From positions 160,001 through 224,000 of the forward strand of contig CAVXJH010000006.1 of NCBI GenBank assembly GCA_963762115.1: a DNA stretch of 64,000 nt. Direction: 5' to 3'. Both the position numbers and the translations under genes were made by a program. The stretch comes from Candidatus Babeliales bacterium (GTDB taxonomy: Bacteria > Babelota > Babeliae > Babelales > JANWKD01). The notes below the pieces were generated by a model, which was not told where the DNA came from, searched no databases, and saw only the letters and a program-made list of their open reading frames with translations. This document shows, piece by piece, positions 1 to 10,543 of the stretch (positions are counted from its first letter, which is position 1; every line of letters begins with the position of its first letter).

Positions 1-392
1 TCAAGACGAGAATTATGCCAATTTAAGCGCATCGGTCTCAAAAGCGCAGCATTTGCTATACTCAATGCTGAGGTTCCAAAAAAAACCGTACCAATAAATG
101 GACTAAATAAGTAAGTAACAGCTCCCAGAAAAAGATATCTACCATATGGCTGGTCATATTCAAATCTGTCACGATCTTCTTGAATTTCACGAATTTTTAT
201 GTTTCGTTCAGATATTTCTTGCTTTATAGATTCTAAATTTTCTCGTAATTTTTTACACTTTTCACTTTCAGAAAGTAATTTCGACAAGCCGTTATAAGGA
301 TTTTTACTTATTTCATCAGAAAAATAATCTGCAATTGCTGAATTCATCATAAAAAACATCAGACTAAAAACACATAATTGAAAAAATTTCAT
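1..392 (-). CDS. hypothetical protein with signal peptide, truncated by window edge
   Basis: Read manually: ATG at 392, MKFFQLCVFSLMFFMMNSAIA-DYFSDE..., open to position 1. Confidence 0.6.
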   Translation of the reverse strand, partial: MKFFQLCVFSLMFFMMNSAIADYFSDEISKNPYNGLSKLLSESEKCKKLRENLESIKQEISERNIKIREIQEDRDRFEYDQPYGRYLFLGAVTYLFSPFIGTVFFGTSALSIANAALLRPMRLNWHNSRL

Positions 393-526
393 AGAAAACC
401 TCTATAAATCAATAATAAAATAATTAAATAATACATTAATATAATATCACGAATTTGATAAAGAAAAAAATAAACCTAGCCAATTCTAGTGACAATAAGC
501 AAATCGATATTTTTATCAAATTCGCG

Positions 527-1834
527 TTATTTATAACGCAATAATGCAGGATGCCGAAAGGCAAGAACTACTATGCCGATAAGATTCGGTAACGCAACAA
601 GGGGCAAAACGGTATCCATAATTGCCCAGACTAAAGGTACTTCACTAACAGAACTGATAAAAATAATGCCGCCAACAAATGCATAATAAGAACGAATCCA
701 ACGATAATTAGTGAATGTTGCAAAACTTTGTCCGCCATTAAAGGCATTACCGAGCACTGTTGTGGTAATAAAAAGCGTTACACTAATAATAAAAAACAAA
801 GGGCCAATTGTCGGCAATTGTGCTTCAAAAACATTAAATACTAACGTGTTACTAAAAACACCTTGTTTCCAAATTCCTGTGGTTAACACAAGTAACCCTG
901 ACAATAAACATAAAAAAGTATCGGCACTCATTGAATACATCGCCAATATTCCCTGATCGATTGGTTTCTTTACGTCAGACATTGCATGAGCAATTGAAGA
1001 TGTTCCCATGCCAGATTCCGTAATAAATACACCTTTATACACACCTTCTTTTAATGCTGCAAAAATAGTGGATCCCAAGAATCCTCCAATAGGAGCGGCA
1101 GGTGTTAAAATTGAACTAAAAATTAATTTGAAAGCTGCAACAAGTGCTGGGATGTCATGCAATAAAATCCATAAGCTAAAACTTACATATAAACCAAACA
1201 TAAAAGGAACTAATTTGCTTGCAACATTGCCAACTCTTTGAGCTCCGCCAATTAAAATATAAAAAGCGAAACAAGCGAGCAAGAGACCTGTTGTCCATTC
1301 AGGAATTCCCTTTTTGAATAAAATCTCTGATAATGCCTTTGATTGAATACCTGACCAACCAGCAAACAAAAATAATGTTGCAAAACCATACCAATGAGCA
1401 AAAAATGGATGAACCATTTTCAAATATTCTGCCGGCCCTCCCAAAATACGACCATCAGCTGTTTTTTTTCTATACTGCAAGGCAAAAACAACTTCCGTTA
1501 ATTTAGTCACCGAGCCGAAAAATGCATACACAATTAACCAAAAAAGCGCTCCTGGACCACCAACAACAATTGCCAATGAAGGACCAACAATGGTACCAAT
1601 ACCAATCGATGTTGCCATTGCCGTAAATAATGCATGAAATGCATCAATCGTTTTTAAATTGCCGGCATGTGTTCTTTTTAAACCATCCTGAATAATCGTG
1701 ATAAAATAACGAAATGCAAAAATCTGAGGAAAACCTGTTTTCACGGTCAAAAGAATACCTACAACCAAAAAAAGAAAGGTAAAAGGAATACCAATAATTA
1801 TGTTTATCGTATTAAAAAATGATAATAAATCCAA
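527..1834 (-). CDS. alanine/glycine:cation symporter (AGCS) family amino-acid carrier
   Basis: ATSIGIGTIVG, GGPGALFW, GGPAEY, ESGMGTSSIAH, LPNL motifs; multi-TM. Confidence 0.9.
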   Translation of the reverse strand: MDLLSFFNTINIIIGIPFTFLFLVVGILLTVKTGFPQIFAFRYFITIIQDGLKRTHAGNLKTIDAFHALFTAMATSIGIGTIVGPSLAIVVGGPGALFWLIVYAFFGSVTKLTEVVFALQYRKKTADGRILGGPAEYLKMVHPFFAHWYGFATLFLFAGWSGIQSKALSEILFKKGIPEWTTGLLLACFAFYILIGGAQRVGNVASKLVPFMFGLYVSFSLWILLHDIPALVAAFKLIFSSILTPAAPIGGFLGSTIFAALKEGVYKGVFITESGMGTSSIAHAMSDVKKPIDQGILAMYSMSADTFLCLLSGLLVLTTGIWKQGVFSNTLVFNVFEAQLPTIGPLFFIISVTLFITTTVLGNAFNGGQSFATFTNYRWIRSYYAFVGGIIFISSVSEVPLVWAIMDTVLPLVALPNLIGIVVLAFRHPALLRYK

Positions 1835-1864
1835 AATAATTCTCCCTTGCTATGCTCAATGCTG

Positions 1865-2467
1865 TTAAACAATTCGCTTTGATAAAAATGAAAGTGCTTG
1901 CCGCAAAAGTTGATCAAACGTCGCGCTCTGATTCAACTCAGATTCTTTGATATATGCTAAAGCAGCACTAATTTCATTACGAGAATAATGTAAAGAATTA
2001 AGCACGTCGCTAATAGTACTCCAATGACCAAGCGTTACATCTTGATCAATAACAATGCCTGATTCAAGAAGTTTTTCAACTTTGTGGCGCAATTGCACAA
2101 TCATCTGCTCGGCTTTTTTTGCACCAATACCCGGCACAGCACTTAATGCTTTTTCATCGCCTATCTGTACCGCTTTTATAAAAACATTTGGTTGCATATG
2201 CTTTAGCACCGCTAAGGCAATTTTTGGGCCTATACCAGAGCAAGCAGTCACCACAAGAAAGAGCGAACGCTCTAATTCAGTTACAAAACCAAATAACGAT
2301 GGACCAGATTCTTGATTCCAATGCATATAAATATGCAATGAAATTGTATCATCTTTTTTAAAATTTTCTGTTCTTGCTAATGACACAGCAAAACCAACAC
2401 CATGCACATCAACTGTTAAATTTTGATCTTTTATTTCTTTAATTGTTCCCGTCAAACAGGTAATCAT
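1865..2467 (-). CDS. ruvA: Holliday junction branch migration protein RuvA
   Basis: MITCLTG start, VDVHGVG, GIGPKIAL and VPGIGAKKAE HhH motifs. Confidence 0.95.
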   Translation of the reverse strand: MITCLTGTIKEIKDQNLTVDVHGVGFAVSLARTENFKKDDTISLHIYMHWNQESGPSLFGFVTELERSLFLVVTACSGIGPKIALAVLKHMQPNVFIKAVQIGDEKALSAVPGIGAKKAEQMIVQLRHKVEKLLESGIVIDQDVTLGHWSTISDVLNSLHYSRNEISAALAYIKESELNQSATFDQLLRQALSFLSKRIV

Positions 2468-2647
2468 AGCAATACACACTTTGTTTAAATTTTTTTTCTT
2501 TGAGCGTACCGCTAAAAAAAAGCTTTAGCAAACAAAGATTGATTTTTTTATATTTCTAATTGTAAAATCAAAAAAATAGTTTGTTCTCTTTTTTTATCAC
2601 AACTGAGCAATAAAAACCAACTCTTATCGAATTTTACCAATCGACAA

Positions 2648-2675
2648 TTGACAATACCTATATTTTTGTTAGGAT
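2648..2675 (+). promoter_or_regulatory. putative sigma70 promoter of tRNA-Gly
   Basis: TTGACA-N16-TAGGAT just upstream of the tRNA. Confidence 0.55.
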
Positions 2676-2689
2676 TTAAATGTTTTTAC

Positions 2690-2764
2690 GCGGGAATAGC
2701 TCAGTGGTAGAGCGTTGCCTTGCCAAGGCAAAGGTCGCGGGTTCGACCCCCGTTTCCCGCTCCA
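2690..2764 (+). tRNA. tRNA-Gly(GCC)
   Basis: GCGGGAA/TTCCCGC acceptor stem, anticodon arm TTGCC-TTGCCAA-GGCAA, GTTCGA T-loop, encoded CCA. Confidence 0.97.
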
Positions 2765-2949
2765 TTTTATTAAAAATGGCTATTAAATTTACAACATCTC
2801 ATTAAAATCCCTGGTATAGTGAAGTTCTAAAAAACACTCTGAGCAAAAGACAACTTTTCCTTTTTTATGTATTCTTGTACAAAAAATGCTTAAAAGCGTA
2901 CTCTTAGAGATAGGTTGAGTTAAAAAATTAATATAAAGGTCTTATAACC

Positions 2950-3624
2950 ATGAAATCACTCATGCAAGAAGCTTCTTCAGTGATAAAAGCAATTGAAAAA
3001 GGTTGGGAAAGCGCTGGAAAACCAAAAGAATTTTCAATAAAAATCTTTGAAGAACCAAAAAAAAATTTTATCGGCATGACCGTTCAATCAGCAAAAATTG
3101 GTATTTTCTTTGACGAAAAAACACCATTGAAAAAAGCTGAAAAAGAAGAATTCAAAAAACGTGAGCAAGTAACGGCGAAAAATATTAGCTCAGCACAAAT
3201 AAAACAATCTCACGAACAGCCTCTTGCCCAAGAAAAAGCTAGGCCAGTTCAAAAGCCTACAGCACCTGCTTTCAAGGAACCTTTCAAAAAAGAAAAAATT
3301 GTTGAAACTCGCCCCGTTGAAACTCACTCAGTAATACAAGAGCCAAAACAGCATAAAGAAGTGTGGTCTGATGATATGGTGCACGTTGTTGATACCTGGT
3401 TACGCGACATGTTAAAACAATTAAATCGTTCTGATGTAACTTTTTCATTACAACCTTCATCATACCAACTTAATATTCAATTCAATGCATTAATCAACAA
3501 AAGCCCTGATAAAGATCAACAGCTTATGCGCAGCTTTGCCTTAATACTTATGCAAACATTGCGACACTCTTTCAAAAGACCGCTGCGTGGTTTTAAAATT
3601 ATGCTCACTACAAAAAATGTATGA
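2950..3624 (+). CDS. Jag/EloR N-terminal-domain protein (no recognisable R3H)
   Basis: N-terminus SVIKAIEKG...EEPKKNFIG resembles Jag_N; overlaps mnmE as in the usual jag-mnmE order. Confidence 0.7.
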   Translation: MKSLMQEASSVIKAIEKGWESAGKPKEFSIKIFEEPKKNFIGMTVQSAKIGIFFDEKTPLKKAEKEEFKKREQVTAKNISSAQIKQSHEQPLAQEKARPVQKPTAPAFKEPFKKEKIVETRPVETHSVIQEPKQHKEVWSDDMVHVVDTWLRDMLKQLNRSDVTFSLQPSSYQLNIQFNALINKSPDKDQQLMRSFALILMQTLRHSFKRPLRGFKIMLTTKNV

Positions 3625-4997
3625 TAAGCACTGATCAAGAAACAATTATTGCACAATGCACTCCCCAAGGTTCTGGAGCAATTGCTCTTTTGCGTATATC
3701 GGGTGATAATGCCTTTGCTATTGCTACAAAAATGAGCGTTTTAGCTTCAGGGAGCACACTTAATCGCGTACCAACGCATACGGTACACTACGGTTGGGTA
3801 AAAGATGAAAATGATATTCATATTGATCAAGTACTTTTTATTGTCATGCATGCGCCAAAAACTTTCACGGGACAAAATGTTGTTGAAATCACCTGTCACA
3901 ACAATCCATTCTTAATTGAAAGGATTATCAATCAAGCAATTAAGCATGGTGCTCGCTTGGCACAAGAAGGTGAATTCAGCAAACGTGCATTTTTGCACGG
4001 CAAAATTGATTTGGTGCAAGCAGAAGCAATTAATGAACTGATTCATGCTTCAACGCAAAGCGCCCTCAAACAAGCATTATCACAACTTGAAGGAACATTC
4101 TCCCACTGGATCAATACTCTTGAAAAAGAGCTCATAAAAAATCTTGCACTTTCAGATGCAAGTTTTGAATTTATTGATGAAGAAATGGAATTTGGTAAAC
4201 GCATTCAAGAAAGCATTGAAAATATTCTTGCTTCGATGATCACGCTCAAACAAGCATTCAATCAGCAACAACAAATTCGTCAAGGAATTCGTATTGCTTT
4301 GCTTGGTGCCGTGAACGCTGGAAAATCTTCACTCTTTAATGCATTAGTCAAAAAAAATCGTGCTATTGTTTCTCATGTTGCCGGAACAACACGCGATACT
4401 CTTGAAGCTGGTTTATATAAAGATGGTTTTTATATGACCTATGTTGACACCGCGGGCTTGCGAGAAACCAATGATAGTATTGAACAAGAGGGTATCAAAC
4501 GATCATTCCAAGAAGCACAACAAGCTGATATTATTTTACTCATTATTGATAGTTCGCGAGCAATTACCGATCAAGAAGCAGCTATTTATCAAGAATTATA
4601 TACGTTATATGCCCCAAAAATTATGGTGATTGAAAACAAAGCCGATATTGCACTATCACAACAAACATTTAGCTTACCAGTGACGGCACTTAAAACAGCT
4701 GCTCACAACAATGAAACTATTGAACATCTTGAAACAGTTGTTGAACAAAAAATTACCACGCTTTTCACCCATCTTGAATCACCTTTTCTTTTAAATCAAC
4801 GCCAATTCAATCTACTTCTCTCCTTAGAACAAAAATTATTAGCAATTGCACCACTTCTTGAATCAAGCTCAATTGAATATGAAATTGTTTCCTATCATCT
4901 TAAGGAAGCATTAGAAAATATCACCGAATTATCAGGAAAAACCGTTTCTGAGCAAGGCATGGATGCAATTTTCAGAGAATTTTGCATAGGAAAATAA
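3621..4997 (+). CDS. mnmE: tRNA modification GTPase MnmE
   Basis: GAVNAGKSS, GTTRD, DTAG, NKAD, C-terminal FCIGK. Confidence 0.98.
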   Translation: MISTDQETIIAQCTPQGSGAIALLRISGDNAFAIATKMSVLASGSTLNRVPTHTVHYGWVKDENDIHIDQVLFIVMHAPKTFTGQNVVEITCHNNPFLIERIINQAIKHGARLAQEGEFSKRAFLHGKIDLVQAEAINELIHASTQSALKQALSQLEGTFSHWINTLEKELIKNLALSDASFEFIDEEMEFGKRIQESIENILASMITLKQAFNQQQQIRQGIRIALLGAVNAGKSSLFNALVKKNRAIVSHVAGTTRDTLEAGLYKDGFYMTYVDTAGLRETNDSIEQEGIKRSFQEAQQADIILLIIDSSRAITDQEAAIYQELYTLYAPKIMVIENKADIALSQQTFSLPVTALKTAAHNNETIEHLETVVEQKITTLFTHLESPFLLNQRQFNLLLSLEQKLLAIAPLLESSSIEYEIVSYHLKEALENITELSGKTVSEQGMDAIFREFCIGK

Positions 4998-5097
4998 AAT
5001 AAAATTTTTTTTCAGTAAATACTCTAACTCTTGTTTACTAAAATCTAATTTTAGTACTCTTATTTTTGTAGCTTAGAAACAAATAAGGGAGAAAATA

Positions 5098-6747
5098 ATG
5101 CAAAAAACAAGTTTGATTGCAAGTTTAATGCTTGCAACTTTATTACAAACAATCTCACTCAAAGCAAATTTACAAGGTGAATTGATACACCTTACTGATA
5201 CCCTCACTGATCTTGAAATGGCATTAAACATACGACCTCAGCCCCAGCCTGAGCCTAGAAGACAAGTTACGCCAGCACCATCAACAACAACTGCATGCCC
5301 TGTAACGCCTCCCGGAAAAACTTTAAGACGCGTACAATCTGCTTACTTACCTAAACAACCCTTGTCTCAATCCGCTGAAACACCCACTGCGAAACCTAAG
5401 CCTGCCCCACAACCAAGAGCAACTCTTGCACAAACAACTCCTCCCGGCGGTATTCCTGTTGCAAAAAAAATAGAACCAGAAGAATCACCCATCGAAAAAA
5501 TTCAACGTTTAGCTAAAGAAAGACAAGAAAGAAGAAAGAGTCTTGGAGCGCCATTAAAACCATTATCAACTCCTGGAGAATTTCAAATACCTACCCTAAG
5601 ACGCAAACAAGTTAGCCCTAAGAAAGAATCAGTTTTAGATATTTTTCAACTGGTAGACCGAGGCGAAGGCCTTCAAAAAGATTTTATAGTCAAAAAAGAA
5701 ATAAAATTACCTAAACCATTAACTACTGGCATCGATCTATTTATTTCACAACAAGTAAATACCTTAAGTACAGCAGAAGATAAAAAAATAACTGCAGCTG
5801 AGATCAATACATTTATTAATACACGAGTTAAAGATAAAGATTCTACAAATAATCAATTGCAAATTTTTAAGGCTTTAGCAACCATTCTTACCATCGATCC
5901 ATTATTAATACAAACAAGTATAGAAACATTGCGTATTATTAATGTACCAAATGAAGATATATATCAATTGATGGCAGAACTTTACACAGGAAGAGTTGAT
6001 TATTTATCATATGAATTTGAACTTATGCAACAAAATTTAACAAAAAATCCAAATCAAGCTCTCCCAAAAGGAACAAGAGACGCTATAGATGAAGGATTAA
6101 CGTATCCAATTGAAATATCGGGTGAAGTGCAAGATGCACAAATTAAAGCAGAAAAAAACAATGATCGGCTTGCAGGAAACTTCTTCAATAATATAAATAT
6201 CCAATGGGAAAGATTGCTATTATTGCTTAGAGGATTATCAGGACAACAAAAAGAAGCATTACGTAAAGAGGGAATCGATATAGATCAATATATCACTAAT
6301 ATAGAAGAGAATAAATTACGAGCTTACTGTCGTTATGATCCAAAGCTTAGAACAAAAGAGTGTCAACCTTATATTTCTTTTTACCAAGAATTAAACAAAA
6401 TGGCACAAGCTGCCAATGATTTCAAGGAAAATAAATCAAAATATAATCGTAGTACAAGAACATTTGCTATCCAAAATATTATTAATAAATTAAATGCTTT
6501 TGCAATATATGCTCAAGATCCTAAAATTTGCCAAGTCTGTCTTAATGAAGATGCACAAAAAGCTAATGAAGAAAACACGAATAATAATTTTGCTGACATA
6601 GAAACATTATTTAATGATCTTCTTGTGCAAGAACCAAGTAACAAAAAATATTCCGAGACGTTAGAAGTAATAGAATCAATTAAAAGTGATGAAGCCAATC
6701 GAAGATCAAAAGTTAGAAGAGGTGGCGTAGGTTATCAATATCAATAA
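5098..6747 (+). CDS. secreted hypothetical protein with Pro-rich N-terminal region
   Basis: 549 aa, SD, signal peptide followed by NLQGELIHLTDTLTDLEMAL. Confidence 0.75.
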   Translation: MQKTSLIASLMLATLLQTISLKANLQGELIHLTDTLTDLEMALNIRPQPQPEPRRQVTPAPSTTTACPVTPPGKTLRRVQSAYLPKQPLSQSAETPTAKPKPAPQPRATLAQTTPPGGIPVAKKIEPEESPIEKIQRLAKERQERRKSLGAPLKPLSTPGEFQIPTLRRKQVSPKKESVLDIFQLVDRGEGLQKDFIVKKEIKLPKPLTTGIDLFISQQVNTLSTAEDKKITAAEINTFINTRVKDKDSTNNQLQIFKALATILTIDPLLIQTSIETLRIINVPNEDIYQLMAELYTGRVDYLSYEFELMQQNLTKNPNQALPKGTRDAIDEGLTYPIEISGEVQDAQIKAEKNNDRLAGNFFNNINIQWERLLLLLRGLSGQQKEALRKEGIDIDQYITNIEENKLRAYCRYDPKLRTKECQPYISFYQELNKMAQAANDFKENKSKYNRSTRTFAIQNIINKLNAFAIYAQDPKICQVCLNEDAQKANEENTNNNFADIETLFNDLLVQEPSNKKYSETLEVIESIKSDEANRRSKVRRGGVGYQYQ

Positions 6748-6759
6748 TTAAATTTTATC

Positions 6760-6787
6760 AGAGGGGATTTCATGCGAAATCCCCTCT
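6760..6787. terminator. intrinsic terminator between convergent genes
   Basis: AGAGGGGATTT-catgcg-AAATCCCCTCT hairpin followed by T-rich tract. Confidence 0.85.
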
Positions 6788-6793
6788 TTATTT

Positions 6794-7441
6794 TTATGCC
6801 GCTAATGCATACATCTCAACACGACGATTTGGCGCTTGACCTTCCAAACTATCATCAAAAGAAACTAGTTCTTCGTTGCCAACACCAAATACTTTAAGGT
6901 GTGATTCTGGAATACCTGCTTGCACTAAGTTTTCTTTGATGGTACTTGCACGCTTCATTGACAAAGCAACGTTATACGCATCGGTACCATGATATTTACA
7001 TGAATGACCTTTTACACATACCATGCGATCATTTTTATAAATCTCTTGTGCTTTTTTGGTTAAATCTTCAAGAGCTAATTTTTCATTTTCAAGTGGCTTT
7101 GAACTATCATAGGAAAAATGAACTACTTTAATTTCATCTTTCAAATGAGTTGGCTCTTCCCATGAAATATCAAGATCATTTTGAGCAGCGGTCATTGAAT
7201 CTTGCATAAAAGGGTTTTCTGTTTCTTCTTCAAGAACGAACGCCTCAATATCTTCATCAAAAAGACTGATCATGGTACTATCATTTTGAGCAAGAGGCAT
7301 AGCAACATCGCCAATTTGTTCTGTTTGATTCTTGTTATTTCTTGATGTAGAACTTCTTTTTTGACTCTTTTTACATCCTGATAACGCAATAGTTAACAGT
7401 ATCATGGCAAAAACCAAAGTTTTTTGGTGCATAGTTTTCAT
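6794..7441 (-). CDS. OmpA/Pal-like peptidoglycan-associated lipoprotein
   Basis: Lipobox LSGC; VHFSYDS, GHS, YNVALSMKRA, NRRVE. Confidence 0.9.
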   Translation of the reverse strand: MKTMHQKTLVFAMILLTIALSGCKKSQKRSSTSRNNKNQTEQIGDVAMPLAQNDSTMISLFDEDIEAFVLEEETENPFMQDSMTAAQNDLDISWEEPTHLKDEIKVVHFSYDSSKPLENEKLALEDLTKKAQEIYKNDRMVCVKGHSCKYHGTDAYNVALSMKRASTIKENLVQAGIPESHLKVFGVGNEELVSFDDSLEGQAPNRRVEMYALAA

Positions 7442-7680
7442 AGTATTTTACATCCTTATTGATAAGCTTTTATAGACGACACGTTACTAATAAAATGCAC
7501 TGTATCACATTTTTTTATGATTTTCTACTTCAATGCCTGCATTGATTTGATGAATTTCTACTATTTACAGATAAGTTTGGGTATACTAAGAAAAGAATAT
7601 AACAAACTATAATTCTAACAGTAACGTCGTCTATCTTAAAAATTGAACAACTCGTTGGAAAATAGTAATTGGAAAAAAGT

Positions 7681-9207
7681 ATGAAAAAAATTTTAATTAG
7701 TGCAAACCCTTGGCAAACAAAAATTGCCGTTACCCGTGATGATGAACTACAAAATATCTATTTTTCATCGCATGCAACAGAAAACTTAGAACGCTCATTT
7801 TTTAAAGGTACTATCATCAAGGTGCTTCCGGGTATCCAAACTGCTTTTGTTGATATTGGCCAAGAAAAAGCTGGCTTTTTACACATTTCAGAAATCGATC
7901 GTGAAATGGCTCTTCATAAAATGACAAGTACTGTTGAATTGGATGATGAAGAAACAGCGACTCCTGAACCTGAACGACAATCCTATCAAGCTATGGATAT
8001 TGGCAAAATCCTCAAAGAAGGCGAACCTATCTTAGTGCAGGTCAGCAAAGAACCGGTGTATGAAAAGGGTGCAAAACTCACAACATGCTTCACTCTACCG
8101 GGCAGATTTATCGTGCTTATGCCAAATATTCCTCGCATTGCCATTTCTAAAAAAATTGAAGAACGAGAAGAACGACAACGCTTAAAAGAAATTTTGGCTA
8201 AAAATCTTCCTGAGGGCATGGGAGCAATTATTCGAACAACCTCTGACGGAAGACAAGAAAAAGAAATTGCTCAAGATTTACACTTTTTAGTATCAACCTG
8301 GCAACAGATTGAAAAAAAATACAACGAGGCAGAGCGTAAAGAAAAAATTTATGAAGATTTGCCGCTCACGTTGCAAATTGTGCGCGATCATCTTGATGCT
8401 GATGTGGAAGAAGTTATTTCAGACAATCAACAAAATCAACAAGAAATTTATAAATTTGTAAAAAAAATAGCACCAGAATTTAGTTATAAAATTCATTTTT
8501 TTAGTGGCAATCAAGATCTTTTTGATAAATACACCATCAATCAACAACTGCAGCAGTCATTATCCGAAAAGGTACATTTACGCTCAGGTGGTTCAATTAT
8601 TATTGAAACAACTCAAGCAATGACGGTTATTGACGTGAATACCGGACGCTATATTGGTAAAAGTGACCTAGAAGAAACTATTTTAAAAACAAATCTTGAG
8701 GCAGCTGAAGAGATCACCCGACAATTGAGGCTACGCAATATCGGTGGGCTTATTGTTATTGATTTCATTGATATGTCCTCACCGGCAAATCGACAAAAGT
8801 TATTTAAAACCTTTGAAAGAATGCTCAAAGAACGTGATAAATTTCAATCAGTTGTCTTAAAAATTTCTGAATTTGGCCTTGTACAAATGACCAGAAAACG
8901 TTCAGGCAAAACGCTCATTCAAGAATTAACTGAATCATGCCAAACGTGCAAAGGCCTTGGTTATATTAAAACAATTCAAACAATCTGTTTTAATTTATTA
9001 CCAAATATTAAACAAGCATTATATGCAAATAAAGGACACAATATTCTTACCATTGAACTGCATCCAAGAACATTTGATTATATAACAAACCAAGAATATA
9101 ATTCGATTTTTTATTTTGAGAAAAATTTTGGGTGTAAGCTTATTTTGGAAACAAATGACGAAATGCCACTTGATGAATTTAAGATTGTGCGGGAAGAAAA
9201 AAATTAA
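7681..9207 (+). CDS. rng: ribonuclease G/E family
   Basis: VLPGIQTAFVDIG, VIDVNTG, QLRLRNIGGLIVIDFIDM, CxxC. Confidence 0.93.
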   Translation: MKKILISANPWQTKIAVTRDDELQNIYFSSHATENLERSFFKGTIIKVLPGIQTAFVDIGQEKAGFLHISEIDREMALHKMTSTVELDDEETATPEPERQSYQAMDIGKILKEGEPILVQVSKEPVYEKGAKLTTCFTLPGRFIVLMPNIPRIAISKKIEEREERQRLKEILAKNLPEGMGAIIRTTSDGRQEKEIAQDLHFLVSTWQQIEKKYNEAERKEKIYEDLPLTLQIVRDHLDADVEEVISDNQQNQQEIYKFVKKIAPEFSYKIHFFSGNQDLFDKYTINQQLQQSLSEKVHLRSGGSIIIETTQAMTVIDVNTGRYIGKSDLEETILKTNLEAAEEITRQLRLRNIGGLIVIDFIDMSSPANRQKLFKTFERMLKERDKFQSVVLKISEFGLVQMTRKRSGKTLIQELTESCQTCKGLGYIKTIQTICFNLLPNIKQALYANKGHNILTIELHPRTFDYITNQEYNSIFYFEKNFGCKLILETNDEMPLDEFKIVREEKN

Positions 9208-9232
9208 GATCAGCCCCGTAGAGGTGAAGATA

Positions 9233-9273
9233 GTCCAGCCGTCGCTTATCCACGCCTTCAGGCTTGGCAAGCT
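9233..9273. repeat. left part of a REP-like palindrome interrupted by IS110 (right part 10485-10495)
   Basis: Joining the flanks gives the hairpin gtcc-gccgt-gctt-cca-gcct-tc-aggc-tgg-aagc-atggc-ggac; 26/27 match to 12504-12530. Confidence 0.85.
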
Positions 9274-9350
9274 TGTATGTTAAATCAAAATGATTTTAAA
9301 GCTAAATTTTGTTAATTTATGATCAGTTGTTTTGAAATTAATTGTTTGAG

Positions 9351-9491
9351 AAGCTGATAGATCTCGTGTCAAGCTTGGTCTCAAAGGACCGTGTCATAGT
9401 TTGAGACTATCAGCTTATACAAAAATGACCTCGAACAATCACTAGAGACGTATCAAGTACATACGATCTCGCATGTCTACAAGCCAGAGGT
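9351..9491 (+). ncRNA. IS110 bridge RNA core (target- and donor-binding loops)
   Basis: Stem AAGCTGATAG/CTATCAGCTT encloses guides matching the target; stem ACCTC/GAGGT encloses guides matching the IS end junction. Confidence 0.85.
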
Positions 9492-9495
9492 ATTT

Positions 9496-10437
9496 ATGAA
9501 AAATATATCAAAAGTATTTATAGGTGTCGATATTTCAAAAAACACTTTAGATGTTTATATCCATCCAGTAGGAAAATCTTTAAAAGTATCAAACTCAGAA
9601 GTTGGAATAACGGAGATCATTAAAGAATTAGTTAAATATGATATCGAACAAATTGCATGCGAAGCAACTGGTGGGTATGAAAAATTACTTGCTCGAATAT
9701 TAAAAAAAAATTGTTATTATCTTTGGATCATCGATCCAAGAAGAATAAAAGGCTATATTGTTGCTAGTGGCTGCAAAAGCAAAACGGATAAAATTGATGC
9801 TCGAAAAATTGCTGAATTTGCTTCTAAAAATTCTCCTGATTATGAGATAATGAACAAAAGCGAAAATCAAGAAAAATTACAAGCTTTGGTCAATCGTAAA
9901 AATGACTTGGTAAAATTTTTAGTTGCCGAAAAAACAAGATCTAAACATCCATCTCATGCATTATATGCATCAAGTATAAAGAAATTTATCAAAATCTTAG
10001 AGTGCGAAATCAAATCAATTGATTTAAAGATACAAGATTTAATTCAGCAAGATGAAAAATTAAATACAAAATCAAAAATTTTGGAGTCAATTCCAGGAAT
10101 AGGCAAAACTTCAGCTGCAACATTATTATCATTCGTTCCTGAACTTGGTCAAATAAGTAATAAAAAAGTATCAGCACTCATTGGTGTTTGTCCTTATGAG
10201 AATGAAAGTGGAAGTTATAAGGGTAAAAAATTCATCAGAGGTGGAAGAACTATTCCAAGAAATATGCTTTATATGTGTGCATTAACAACTATTAAATATC
10301 ATCTCCCATTAAAGGAACTTTACGATCGTTTAATAACTTCTAAAAAACCTTTTAAAATAGCTATCGTAGCTATTATGCATAAACTTATTGTGATTGCTAA
10401 TTCTTTACTAAAAAAAGGTGAATTATGTAAAGCTTAA
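9496..10437 (+). CDS. IS110 family transposase/recombinase
   Basis: FIGVDISK, ACEATG, KTDKIDA (DEDD), SIPGIG, ESGS serine motif. Confidence 0.97.
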   Translation: MKNISKVFIGVDISKNTLDVYIHPVGKSLKVSNSEVGITEIIKELVKYDIEQIACEATGGYEKLLARILKKNCYYLWIIDPRRIKGYIVASGCKSKTDKIDARKIAEFASKNSPDYEIMNKSENQEKLQALVNRKNDLVKFLVAEKTRSKHPSHALYASSIKKFIKILECEIKSIDLKIQDLIQQDEKLNTKSKILESIPGIGKTSAATLLSFVPELGQISNKKVSALIGVCPYENESGSYKGKKFIRGGRTIPRNMLYMCALTTIKYHLPLKELYDRLITSKKPFKIAIVAIMHKLIVIANSLLKKGELCKA

Positions 10438-10543
10438 TATTGTTTAGCTTTATTAAAAAATATTTGACTTTTAACACAATCACTATGGCGGACAGCTTTC
10501 GCAGACATTTTCTTATCATAAATCATTTAAAAAAATGGCCACG

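Larger units (their letters stand above)
9274..10484 (+). mobile_element. IS110-family insertion sequence (1211 bp incl. one CT core)
   Basis: CT at both ends (9272-9273, 10483-10484); flanks reconstitute a repeat present at 12504-12530; imperfect subterminal IR (TGTTAAA..TCAAA). Confidence 0.92.
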
